The position numbers were made by a program, and so were the translations under genes. A stretch of 18,548 nucleotides of DNA from a bacterium (GTDB lineage: Bacteria; Muiribacteriota; UBA6191): contig JAYZAC010000135.1 of NCBI GenBank assembly GCA_036339875.1, positions 1-18,548 on the forward strand, given 5' to 3'. Below the pieces are notes generated by a model that worked only from the letters and a program-made list of their open reading frames with translations, made no database searches and was not told the DNA's origin. Of the stretch, positions 1 to 7,757 are shown piece after piece. Position 1 is the first letter of the stretch, and each line of letters begins with the position of its first letter.

Positions 1-1384
1 TGCGATAGAAACCACGCTCTAATTTTGGCAATTTGATGATCTGATCTCGAGGCTTATAATCTGCGGTTGGTTCTAAAGATTGACTCCACTCTGCCACGGG
101 CTCTTTACGGAGAATCTGTCTGATCTGCTTATCATTTAGATAATCACCAAGGTTGGAATACTTAAGATCCAAAATTTTGGACCAATTTTCTTTGTAAACT
201 CTGAAATATAGCTTTTTTACATTTCTATAATTAACGAATAGCTCACTATTCGAAGAATTTACCGAGTGCTCTATTTGAATCTCATACTCTGATTGCATAA
301 TTTGATTTTGTAAATTCCGACAAAGCTGAGCACCATCTGAAACGCCATAGGAATTAATGGCTCGGTTACAAATTTTCATAGCTTCTACTAGCTCATCTTT
401 TTCTCGATAAAGCATGGCTAGTTGATGTAAAGCTAGAGTAGACTCAGTAGTTTCGGCGTAGATCTCAGCTAATTCTTGGTAACGCTCCATCAAAATCTCG
501 GTTCTATCCGAACCCAATCCATGCTGATTCATGGCTTGGAGCCGTTCTACTTCGGTTGCAACAAGTACATCTTTTTTATTCAGCTCTTTTAGATAATTCA
601 ATAATTGCTGATACGATTCAATCAATTGAAATAGTTGCGATTGTTTGTCGGTAGTTTCAGGTCTAAATTCCAAAAATTTATCTAGGTTACCGAAGGCGGG
701 ACTTCGCGTATCGACTTCAAAAGCATCTGAAGGTTTTGCTAAAGAACTGATCCCAAATTTGTGAAAAGAAATTTTTTGACGAAGAACAAACTCATATAGG
801 GACTCACAGTAGGTCCAATCGAGACTACCTTTTTGAATAACGGGCACATAATCTTCAGTCTTCAATCCTTGAAGGTGCTTTTTATCTTTGACGGCTTCGT
901 TAAATAAAGCGGCAACTTTACGAAATAATTTTGGAGAATCCCAAGTGCTTATATCTTCATTTTCAAGACCACTTGTTTGACTTCGTTTATTGAACTTCCA
1001 AGTGTTTTGTTGATAATAATGCCAATACCAAATTGCCACAATGGCGCGGGCTATTGCCAATTGGTTTTTTGGAAGGCTATCAATTTGTTGGCGTAAAATA
1101 TTGAGTTTATCTAGCGGCTTTTTACCTTGAATATGAGCCTGATTCAAAGCTTTCCAACATAATGCTTTAAGATAATGGCCTCGAAGTTCATCCTCATTCT
1201 TAGTTTTATCTAAAATTTTTTCTAGAATCTTTAAGGCGGTTTTAGGCAGTTTACTTTCTTCGGCCTGCAAAACTCTTTGCCAAAGTCGATCGAGATTTTG
1301 GGTGCTAGTCGACGTCCAGCTAGTGGCCCAAGCTGAACTAAAAAAGCTAAAAAAAGCCAATACCCAAAAGATTCTTAAAAACAT
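1..1384 (-). CDS. Alpha-2-macroglobulin family (MG2-domain) secreted protein, N-terminal part; 3' end beyond the window
   Basis: Not in the ORF track because no stop codon falls in the window. ATG at 1384 has GGAG 7-10 nt upstream. Manual translation begins MFLRIFWVLAFFSFFSSAWA (signal peptide), then LWQRV..AEESKLPKTAL, WYWHYYQQNTWKF..RSQT, DISTWD..KLF and SLYEFV. These recall the helical N-terminus of large Bacteroidota/PVC-type bacterial alpha-2-macroglobulins. Near the edge it reads LFVNYRNVKKLYFRVY. The diagnostic MG2/A2M domains lie outside the window. Confidence 0.72.
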   Translation of the reverse strand, partial: MFLRIFWVLAFFSFFSSAWATSWTSTSTQNLDRLWQRVLQAEESKLPKTALKILEKILDKTKNEDELRGHYLKALCWKALNQAHIQGKKPLDKLNILRQQIDSLPKNQLAIARAIVAIWYWHYYQQNTWKFNKRSQTSGLENEDISTWDSPKLFRKVAALFNEAVKDKKHLQGLKTEDYVPVIQKGSLDWTYCESLYEFVLRQKISFHKFGISSLAKPSDAFEVDTRSPAFGNLDKFLEFRPETTDKQSQLFQLIESYQQLLNYLKELNKKDVLVATEVERLQAMNQHGLGSDRTEILMERYQELAEIYAETTESTLALHQLAMLYREKDELVEAMKICNRAINSYGVSDGAQLCRNLQNQIMQSEYEIQIEHSVNSSNSELFVNYRNVKKLYFRVYKENWSKILDLKYSNLGDYLNDKQIRQILRKEPVAEWSQSLEPTADYKPRDQIIKLPKLERGFYR

Positions 1385-1497
1385 AAAGTACTCCAATTAA
1401 GTAAATTGATAACAATATAAAAATTGCGCCTGAATTTTTCAAAAAACTAAGTCAGATTTTTAAGACAGAGATATTTGAATAAGGTTCCGTCTTCCTC

Positions 1498-1526
1498 TTG
1501 TCAGTCATCTATGTGACAGGTACCAT
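1498..1526 (+). promoter_or_regulatory. Candidate sigma70 promoter TTGTCA-N17-TACCAT overlapped by a TGTCA-N10-TGACA palindrome
   Basis: -35 at 1498-1503 and -10 at 1521-1526. Inverted repeat at 1499-1503 and 1514-1518. The ATG at 1534 lies at about the expected +1. Confidence 0.45.
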
Positions 1527-1533
1527 CGCAGAT

Positions 1534-1989
1534 ATGTCTAAGAAATCGAAATCTCTGGCCCAGAACTCATTAAAAACGTCTAAGATCATTTGGATAATTC
1601 AAAGTCTGAGTCCAATCATTTATACCATCGTGGCCTTAGTTCTTGCTGAGCAAAATGGAGGTATTCACCAGTGGCAAGGGATGTTGAGTCTTAATGCTAT
1701 AACTCAAAACGATTATCTGATTTACGGTCTATGGTTCTTCGTTCTAAATTCACTAATTGTAGGATTTTATCTAGCTAGACAGTTTGAACTACAGCGATTG
1801 GAATCAAACCTAAATATTGATCAAAAATCTCGATTGCTACTTAGACACACAAGCATAATCTTAACAATTATGGATTCGGCCGCTATTGCTGCTTTACTAT
1901 TCGCACTAATGGGTGGTTCCATATGGCATTTTCTGGGCATAATATTCATAGTACTGAATTGTAAGATTAGCCAATATCCCCGTCTCTAG
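1534..1989 (+). CDS. Hypothetical integral membrane protein (about 4 TM helices)
   Basis: Track ORF 1498..1989 begins at a TTG that is part of the candidate -35 box, so the in-frame ATG at 1534 (MSKKSKS) is preferred. Four hydrophobic segments. No family recognised. Confidence 0.75.
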   Translation: MSKKSKSLAQNSLKTSKIIWIIQSLSPIIYTIVALVLAEQNGGIHQWQGMLSLNAITQNDYLIYGLWFFVLNSLIVGFYLARQFELQRLESNLNIDQKSRLLLRHTSIILTIMDSAAIAALLFALMGGSIWHFLGIIFIVLNCKISQYPRL

Positions 1990-2031
1990 CAAGATCAGTT
2001 TTAATAACAGTCCATAGATTATCTCATACAT

Positions 2032-2628
2032 TTGACACTCTATGATACACTTCGCGCCATGCAATCAGGACTAGAAAAACTACGACAGCACACAATTTCT
2101 GTATTTCAAAATGATCCTATTCCAGCGGGAGCTTTTTATGGATTAGTCGAACATGTTTCTAAAAGTGATGCTCAAACTCTTGGACTCGTGGAAAGATGCC
2201 AAAATATGGATCGCTCGGGTTCATGGGATTACGAAGATTTGTTGAGTAGTGACCCCGTACATATAAAACTCCTACTGATTCCCAAAGGTAGTAAAATCCC
2301 TATTCATGACCACCCGGGGATGCATGTTTTATTGAAGGTTATTTGGGGCAAAATGCATTTAAGAGCTTGGGACTGGGCAAGTGAACATCCTTTCTCTGGA
2401 CTCGCTCGTCAAACTATTGACACTGTTATGGATGGCTCTTCACAACCCTCAATGATTTTTCCAGAAAAAAATAACATTCATACAATGACCGCAATCGAAG
2501 ACTGTGCTTTTCTTGATATTTGCTCGCCTTTCTACGATGATTCCAAGGGTCGAACTTGCACATATTACTCAGAAGAGTCTAATCAGACTATGGGTAATGA
2601 AGTACTAGTCCGGTTATCAAAGAATTAG
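2032..2628 (+). CDS. Thiol dioxygenase of the PCO/ADO (plant cysteine oxidase / cysteamine dioxygenase) cupin family
   Basis: Motifs IPIHDHPGMHVLLKVIWG.MH...WDW, FPEKNNIH, AFLDICSPFY and GRTCTYY. The 3-His triad is HDH at 2305-2313 plus H at 2479. The true start may be the ATG at 2059. Confidence 0.85.
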   Translation: MTLYDTLRAMQSGLEKLRQHTISVFQNDPIPAGAFYGLVEHVSKSDAQTLGLVERCQNMDRSGSWDYEDLLSSDPVHIKLLLIPKGSKIPIHDHPGMHVLLKVIWGKMHLRAWDWASEHPFSGLARQTIDTVMDGSSQPSMIFPEKNNIHTMTAIEDCAFLDICSPFYDDSKGRTCTYYSEESNQTMGNEVLVRLSKN

Positions 2629-2726
2629 AAAAACAATCAAAACATTCTGAACTTACCTGTACATAGTGACCTCCGATAATTAGGTGTTCCTAAAATTTAA
2701 TTAGAAACTAAAAATCGGAGGATAGT

Positions 2727-3107
2727 ATGTTTACTGTTACTATTTTTTTTATATGTATACTAATAAGTACCCTATGTTTACGAGTGATTCCATTCGTTAG
2801 ATATGCTACGTTATTGGCATGCTTAAAAGTTAGCTTACTCTTCTGGCTTTTGTGTTTACCATTCGAAAGCATCATGAACTCATTACTCTTTCATCTAGGA
2901 ACTTCGATAGGTATTCTTGAGGGGACCTTAGTATGTTTGTTCATTGGAATCCTGTACCCTGCCTTCTCACTCCGCTTAGCTGAAAGATGTACTGAAGATT
3001 TTGAAATAGAAACTTTTCCAATGACTATCTTGACTGTTTATACTTTTAGCGCACTTAGTTTATCAGCTGTCTATGGCCTAGGATTAGCTCCAATTCTAAA
3101 CTGCTAA
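2727..3107 (+). CDS. 4-TM membrane protein, YvlD/DUF360 (phage holin superfamily IV)-like, paralog 1
   Basis: GGAGG RBS before the ATG. 126 aa, hydrophobic. Clear paralog of 3198..3578 through shared LCL..PFV.Y..L..CLKVS and EDFEI.T motifs. Confidence 0.65.
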   Translation: MFTVTIFFICILISTLCLRVIPFVRYATLLACLKVSLLFWLLCLPFESIMNSLLFHLGTSIGILEGTLVCLFIGILYPAFSLRLAERCTEDFEIETFPMTILTVYTFSALSLSAVYGLGLAPILNC

Positions 3108-3197
3108 GAGCATAATTCCGGTCTAAAATTGATACTAGTTAGCCTTGGATAGACTGGCAATATGGTAAAATAAGGTAAAAGTATTGGAGAAAAATAT

Positions 3198-3578
3198 ATG
3201 TTATGGATTACAAAATTACTAGTCAGTATTCTGTTCACAAGCCTTTGCTTGGCTATTCTTCCATTTGTAAAATATCGTAATTTATTTTCTTGTTTAAAGG
3301 TCAGCGCCCTTCTATCTCTTTTTGCATTACCAGTAAGCATAGCCACTGCCACCACAAGTGTGTTCGTATTCATGGCAGTTGGATGGATACCTTTGGTAGG
3401 AGCTTTTTCAGAAGTGCTAGCGGCATTTATTTCGACGTTTATTTTTCAGACCGTAGCACTTTTCGTTGCCGATAAAATGGTGGAGGATTTCGAAATTAAA
3501 ACTATTGGCCACACATTCTATACAATCTTCATCCTATCTCTGTTCAACGCTATCGCATTTGCTCTGATAGGTCTCTAG
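3198..3578 (+). CDS. 4-TM membrane protein, YvlD/DUF360 (phage holin superfamily IV)-like, paralog 2
   Basis: GGAG RBS. The C-terminal ALFVADKMVEDFEIKTIGHTFYTIFILSLFN matches the '..L.GF.I.GF..A...A.ILS..N' pattern of this family. It has a two-fold internal helix-hairpin organisation. Confidence 0.72.
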   Translation: MLWITKLLVSILFTSLCLAILPFVKYRNLFSCLKVSALLSLFALPVSIATATTSVFVFMAVGWIPLVGAFSEVLAAFISTFIFQTVALFVADKMVEDFEIKTIGHTFYTIFILSLFNAIAFALIGL

Positions 3579-3606
3579 TGAGGATTACTCAACTCAATCT
3601 AAGCAG

Positions 3607-6600
3607 TTACATACTACGGCGATACTGACCTCCAACTTCATACAAAACATCAGATATTTGACCAAGACTGCAGTACTTAACAGCTTCCATTAGCTCCGCA
3701 AAAATGTTATCACCGCTAAGAGAAGTCCTTCTTAACCTTTCAAGTGCTTGATCTGACTCGCCTCGAAACTTGTTTTGAAAAGACTTCAAACGCTCAATTT
3801 GTTCATCTTTTTCTTCATAACTAGCCCGAGTAACGGGAATGAACTCTTCCATTTCCTGATGTTCTGAAAGGTAGGTATTTACTCCGATAATTGGTAAATC
3901 ACCAGTGCTCTTACGAGTTTCATATAACATAGACTCTTCCTGAATTTTGCTTCTCTGATATTGTGTTTCCATAGCCCCCAAAACACCGCCTCGACGAGAA
4001 ATTCTTTCAAACTCAGTTAATATAGCTTCTTCTACCAAATTAGTAAGTTCATCTATTACAAAAGACCCTTGCAACGAGTTTTCATTTTTAGCTAAACCTA
4101 ATTCTTTTGTAATTATCAATTGAATTGCCATAGCTCTACGCACAGATTCCTCCGTAGGCGTTGTAATAGCTTCATCATAAGCATTGGTGTGTAAACTGTT
4201 ACAATTATCGTAGATAGCCATTAAGGCCTGCAAAGTAGTTCGAATATCATTAAATTGAATTTCTTGAGCATGTAAAGAACGTCCAGAAGTTTGAATGTGA
4301 TATTTCAATTTCTGCGAGCGCTCATTAGCTTGATACTTATCTCGCAAAGCTACAGACCAAATACGTCGAGCCACCCTACCTATTACCGAATATTCTGGAT
4401 CCATCCCATTACTAAAAAAGAAACTTAAATTACCTGCAAATTCATCGATAAGCATCCCTCGAGCAAGGTAGGCCTCTACGAAAGTGAATCCGTTGGCCAG
4501 GGTTAGCGCACATTGAGTGATCGGATTAGCTCCAGCTTCTGCTATATGATAGCCACTAATGCTCACTGAATAAAAATTCTTAACCTTCTTTTGAGTGAAG
4601 TAAGCTTGAATATCGCCCATCATCTTTAATGCAAAGTCAACACTAAATATACAAGTATTTTGAGCTTGATCTTCCTTGAGAATATCAGCCTGTACAGTCC
4701 CTCGTACTGTTTGGAGTACCTCATCGCGTAAAGTTTCATATTCGATACTATTCATTGATATTTGTCGAGCCTCTACCTGCTGATTAATTGCTGCATTCAA
4801 GAACATTGCCAGAATTATAGGAGCAGGTCCGTTAATGGTCATCGAAACTGAGGTGTTTCTATTGATTAAATCAAAGCCTTTGAATAGGTCTTGCATATCC
4901 TGTAAGGTACAAATGCTCACTCCAGATTCACCGATCTTTCCATAAATATCTGGTCGCTTCTGGGGATCTTCACCGTATAGTGTTACAGAATCAAAAGCTA
5001 CACTCAGACGCTTACTTTCATCATTTTTCGATAAGTAATGAAATCGTTCGTTGGTACGTAGTGGCCCACCCTCTCCAGCAAATTGACGTTTTGGATCTTC
5101 GTCAATTCTTTTGAACGGAAATACTCCAGCAGTATAAGGAAATCTACCCGGTAAATTTTCGCGACGCATAAAATCAAGTTGATCACCCCAATCACTGAAT
5201 TGTGGAAGAGCTACTTTAGGAATTTTTGTTCCTGAAAGACTCTCAGTATTCAATTCAACCTTAAATTCTCTACCTCGAACATTATAACTAAATTGATCCT
5301 GACGATAATCATGCTGATCTTGATTATATTGGTTCAAAAGCAAACGAGTCTGGGAACATAATTCTTCGTTTAGCTGATCTGCTTTATTTCGTAGATCTAC
5401 ATTATTTAGGTACTCTGCCGCCCCATTAATTTGATACGCCACCCTTGCAGAAGCAGACATTATTCCAGTGTTTTCATGATAGCTACGAACACAATCTGCT
5501 ATCTCACCAAGATAATTAGTTCGTGCTGGAGGTACAATAACATTACTATATTGTGCTGCCTCTTGATCTATATCTGCACCTTTAAGATGCTGCCAATAGT
5601 TATCCTCTACAAAACTATCTGCAATAGCCATCACAAGTTGGGTAACACCCTGATTATTGAATTGTGATGCCGTTGTTCCAAAAACTGGGATATCAGTACG
5701 ATGATTAGGCAAATCATGATTACGACAATATTGTTTACGAACATCTTTCAAGGCATCTTCACCGCCACGTTTTTCATACTTATTGACCGCAACAAAGTCT
5801 GCTAAGTCAAGCATTCCAATCTTTTCAAGTTGAGATTGGGCTCCAAATTCAGGAGTCATTACGTACAGCGTTTTATGAGAAAAACTACAAATATCAGTAT
5901 CGCCCTGACCAATCCCAGAGGTCTCCACAATAATAAAATCGGCATTCGAATTCTGTAAAACTAGTATGGCTTCTTGAATACTTTTAGATAGAGCGCTACT
6001 TGAGTCTCTTGTAGCCATGCTACGCATATAAGTCTGCTCAGAATTGAGAGCATTCATTCGAATGCGGTCTCCAAGTAATGCCCCACCAGTGCGCTTTCGG
6101 GTCGGATCCACACATACAATGCCTATTTTGATTTCTGGAAATCTTCTCAAAAAACGACTAATCATCTCATCCGTTAAGGAACTTTTACCAGAACCACCAG
6201 TCCCTGTAATACCCAGTACAGGGACTGATCGTTTTGATTGTCCCAAAGAGTCTAATAAGGTCTGCTTGTCTTTATCATCTAGATTTTCGATCCGAGTTAT
6301 CATGGAAGCAATACTAGTTGGATTTTCAAAGCTAATAGAATCAAATTCTCTTTCAGGAAGGGCGTAATCTGACTGTTTTAAACAATCACTTATTACACCT
6401 TCTAAACCCATTCTCTGACCATCTTCGGGTGAGTAAATACGAGTAATTCCACTCTGCTGTAATTCTTCAATCTCATTTGGAAGAATTACTCCACCACCAC
6501 CGCCAAAAATTTTTACATGTGATGCCCCTTGATCATCAAGAAGTTTACGAACATATTTAAAATACTCCATATGCCCACCTTGATAAGAAGAAATGCACAC

Positions 6601-6807
6601 AGCGTGAGCATCCTCTTCAATAGCTGCCTCTGCAACTTGGCGAGCTGGTATATTATGACCTAGATGAATAATTTCAGCTCCACCCTTTTGTAATAGGCGT
6701 CGCATGATGTTTATCGCTGCATCGTGCCCATCAAAAAGAGAGGCCGCGGTGACCATACGGACCTTATTCTTTGGTCGATAAAGATCGTCTATACCAATGG
6801 TTTTCAT
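3607..6807 (-). CDS. icmF: Fused isobutyryl-CoA mutase / GTPase chaperone IcmF (adenosylcobalamin-dependent)
   Basis: N-terminal B12-binding domain (SLFDGHDAAINIMRR, SSYQGGH), MeaB-like GTPase (GITGTGGSGKSS, GALLGDRIRMN, IVETSGIGQ, NKYE) and C-terminal mutase barrel (RQFAGEG, RGTVQADILKEDQ, HIQTSGRSL). The ATG at 6807 has a GGGAG RBS; the track start is 6834. Confidence 0.96.
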   Translation of the reverse strand: MKTIGIDDLYRPKNKVRMVTAASLFDGHDAAINIMRRLLQKGGAEIIHLGHNIPARQVAEAAIEEDAHAVCISSYQGGHMEYFKYVRKLLDDQGASHVKIFGGGGGVILPNEIEELQQSGITRIYSPEDGQRMGLEGVISDCLKQSDYALPEREFDSISFENPTSIASMITRIENLDDKDKQTLLDSLGQSKRSVPVLGITGTGGSGKSSLTDEMISRFLRRFPEIKIGIVCVDPTRKRTGGALLGDRIRMNALNSEQTYMRSMATRDSSSALSKSIQEAILVLQNSNADFIIVETSGIGQGDTDICSFSHKTLYVMTPEFGAQSQLEKIGMLDLADFVAVNKYEKRGGEDALKDVRKQYCRNHDLPNHRTDIPVFGTTASQFNNQGVTQLVMAIADSFVEDNYWQHLKGADIDQEAAQYSNVIVPPARTNYLGEIADCVRSYHENTGIMSASARVAYQINGAAEYLNNVDLRNKADQLNEELCSQTRLLLNQYNQDQHDYRQDQFSYNVRGREFKVELNTESLSGTKIPKVALPQFSDWGDQLDFMRRENLPGRFPYTAGVFPFKRIDEDPKRQFAGEGGPLRTNERFHYLSKNDESKRLSVAFDSVTLYGEDPQKRPDIYGKIGESGVSICTLQDMQDLFKGFDLINRNTSVSMTINGPAPIILAMFLNAAINQQVEARQISMNSIEYETLRDEVLQTVRGTVQADILKEDQAQNTCIFSVDFALKMMGDIQAYFTQKKVKNFYSVSISGYHIAEAGANPITQCALTLANGFTFVEAYLARGMLIDEFAGNLSFFFSNGMDPEYSVIGRVARRIWSVALRDKYQANERSQKLKYHIQTSGRSLHAQEIQFNDIRTTLQALMAIYDNCNSLHTNAYDEAITTPTEESVRRAMAIQLIITKELGLAKNENSLQGSFVIDELTNLVEEAILTEFERISRRGGVLGAMETQYQRSKIQEESMLYETRKSTGDLPIIGVNTYLSEHQEMEEFIPVTRASYEEKDEQIERLKSFQNKFRGESDQALERLRRTSLSGDNIFAELMEAVKYCSLGQISDVLYEVGGQYRRSM

Positions 6808-6836
6808 AGCTAGCTCCCCAAGATAATCATGCATAG

Positions 6837-6866
6837 GTTATACCCTTACAAGAGCAATCAGTGCAA
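6837..6866 (-). promoter_or_regulatory. Candidate sigma70 promoter for icmF (TTGCAC-N18-TATAAC)
   Basis: Minus-strand TTGCAC at 6866-6861 and TATAAC at 6842-6837, about 30 nt upstream of the 6807 start. Confidence 0.4.
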
Positions 6867-6943
6867 GTTCTGTACTTAGTGAGTCTTGCGAACTTCCCCT
6901 GAAAATGCTACATCTAAACAATAATATTGTCTTGGAGAGAACA

Positions 6944-7687
6944 ATGAAAATCCTAATATTTTTAATGAGTTTAGTCTTAATTGGAGCTAGTCCGTTCCAA
7001 TGGGAGGATGAATCCGCTCCTAAGCCAAAACTTGATACGCAGCAAAAACAGCTAACACCTACTCAGCCTAGTCCTAGTAAACCCCAGACTGGTCCATCTG
7101 GTTCAAATTATTCAAACCCCAATAACTCTCCTTTAAATCCTTTTGATGACCCATTTTTCAGTGGTTCTATGTCAATTCATGATATGCATCAACAGATGCG
7201 TAAACGCCAAGAGGCTTTAATGAAACAGTTTGGAAGTTTTTTTGATGATCCATTTTTTCAATCTCCCATGGGATTTGGAATCCCCTCTCGAGGCTTTCGA
7301 GGGCAAAGTGGAAGCAATCATAGACCTAATCCTCAAAATAATGGAAATCGAAATCAATCTGGAAATTCTTGGAGTCCATTTCCAAGAGCTTTTTCGGGTA
7401 ATATGAATCAGAATCTTGAGGTTATAAACAAAAACGGATTCATCGTGGTACAAAAAATCATTGATCCCAAGGCTAATCAGGATTATCAAGTAAATTTAAG
7501 AGGTAGATCAGTAACGGTCGTATCACAAACTAAGCAACAGAATGAAGAAAACTCTCAATATGGTCGTAGTTTTTCTCAAAGTTATAGTTCTAGTACTCAA
7601 TCTGTATTACTACCAGAAGATGTAATGAATGATTTTACCCAACGCATAGTAGGGGACAAATTGGTTCTGGTATTCCAGAAAAAATGA
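6944..7687 (+). CDS. Secreted protein with low-complexity N-region and divergent C-terminal Hsp20/alpha-crystallin-like domain
   Basis: ATG at 6944 after GGAG (track start 6905). Signal-like MKILIFLMSLVLIGA, then a P/Q/S/N-rich region with FDDPFF twice. The C-terminal ~90 aa (YQVNLRGRSVTV...SSSTQSVLLPEDV...GDKLVLVFQK) follow the alpha-crystallin strand pattern. Confidence 0.6.
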   Translation: MKILIFLMSLVLIGASPFQWEDESAPKPKLDTQQKQLTPTQPSPSKPQTGPSGSNYSNPNNSPLNPFDDPFFSGSMSIHDMHQQMRKRQEALMKQFGSFFDDPFFQSPMGFGIPSRGFRGQSGSNHRPNPQNNGNRNQSGNSWSPFPRAFSGNMNQNLEVINKNGFIVVQKIIDPKANQDYQVNLRGRSVTVVSQTKQQNEENSQYGRSFSQSYSSSTQSVLLPEDVMNDFTQRIVGDKLVLVFQKK

Positions 7688-7696
7688 GCCTAGCTC

Positions 7697-7725
7697 TTGC
7701 ACCTAAGATCTTGCTCCCTTAACAT
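7697..7725 (+). promoter_or_regulatory. Candidate sigma70 promoter for proS (TTGCAC-N17-TAACAT)
   Basis: -35 at 7697-7702, 17-nt spacer, -10 at 7720-7725. GGGG RBS and ATG at 7758 follow. Confidence 0.5.
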
Positions 7726-7757
7726 CCTGAGCCTAAATCATTGAATGGGGAATCATT

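Noticed and set aside
2032..2046. Perfect TTGACA and nearby TATGAT as a promoter
   Set aside because: The two hexamers are only 3 nt apart, and no good -10 lies 16-18 nt after TTGACA.
3104..3475. ORFs 3104..3373 (-) and 3290..3475 (+)
   Set aside because: Shadow frames overlapping the holin-like gene 3198..3578, with no recognisable motifs.
5004..6367. ORFs 5004..5195, 5431..5667 and 6044..6367
   Set aside because: Nested in or antisense to the conserved icmF.
3607..6807. Annotation as ordinary methylmalonyl-CoA mutase
   Set aside because: The B12-domain/GTPase/mutase fusion order and Phe in RQFAGEG (Tyr in MCM) indicate IcmF.
6808..6943. Cobalamin riboswitch upstream of icmF
   Set aside because: The divergent gap is only about 135 nt, holds promoter-like elements and shows no B12-box-like structure.
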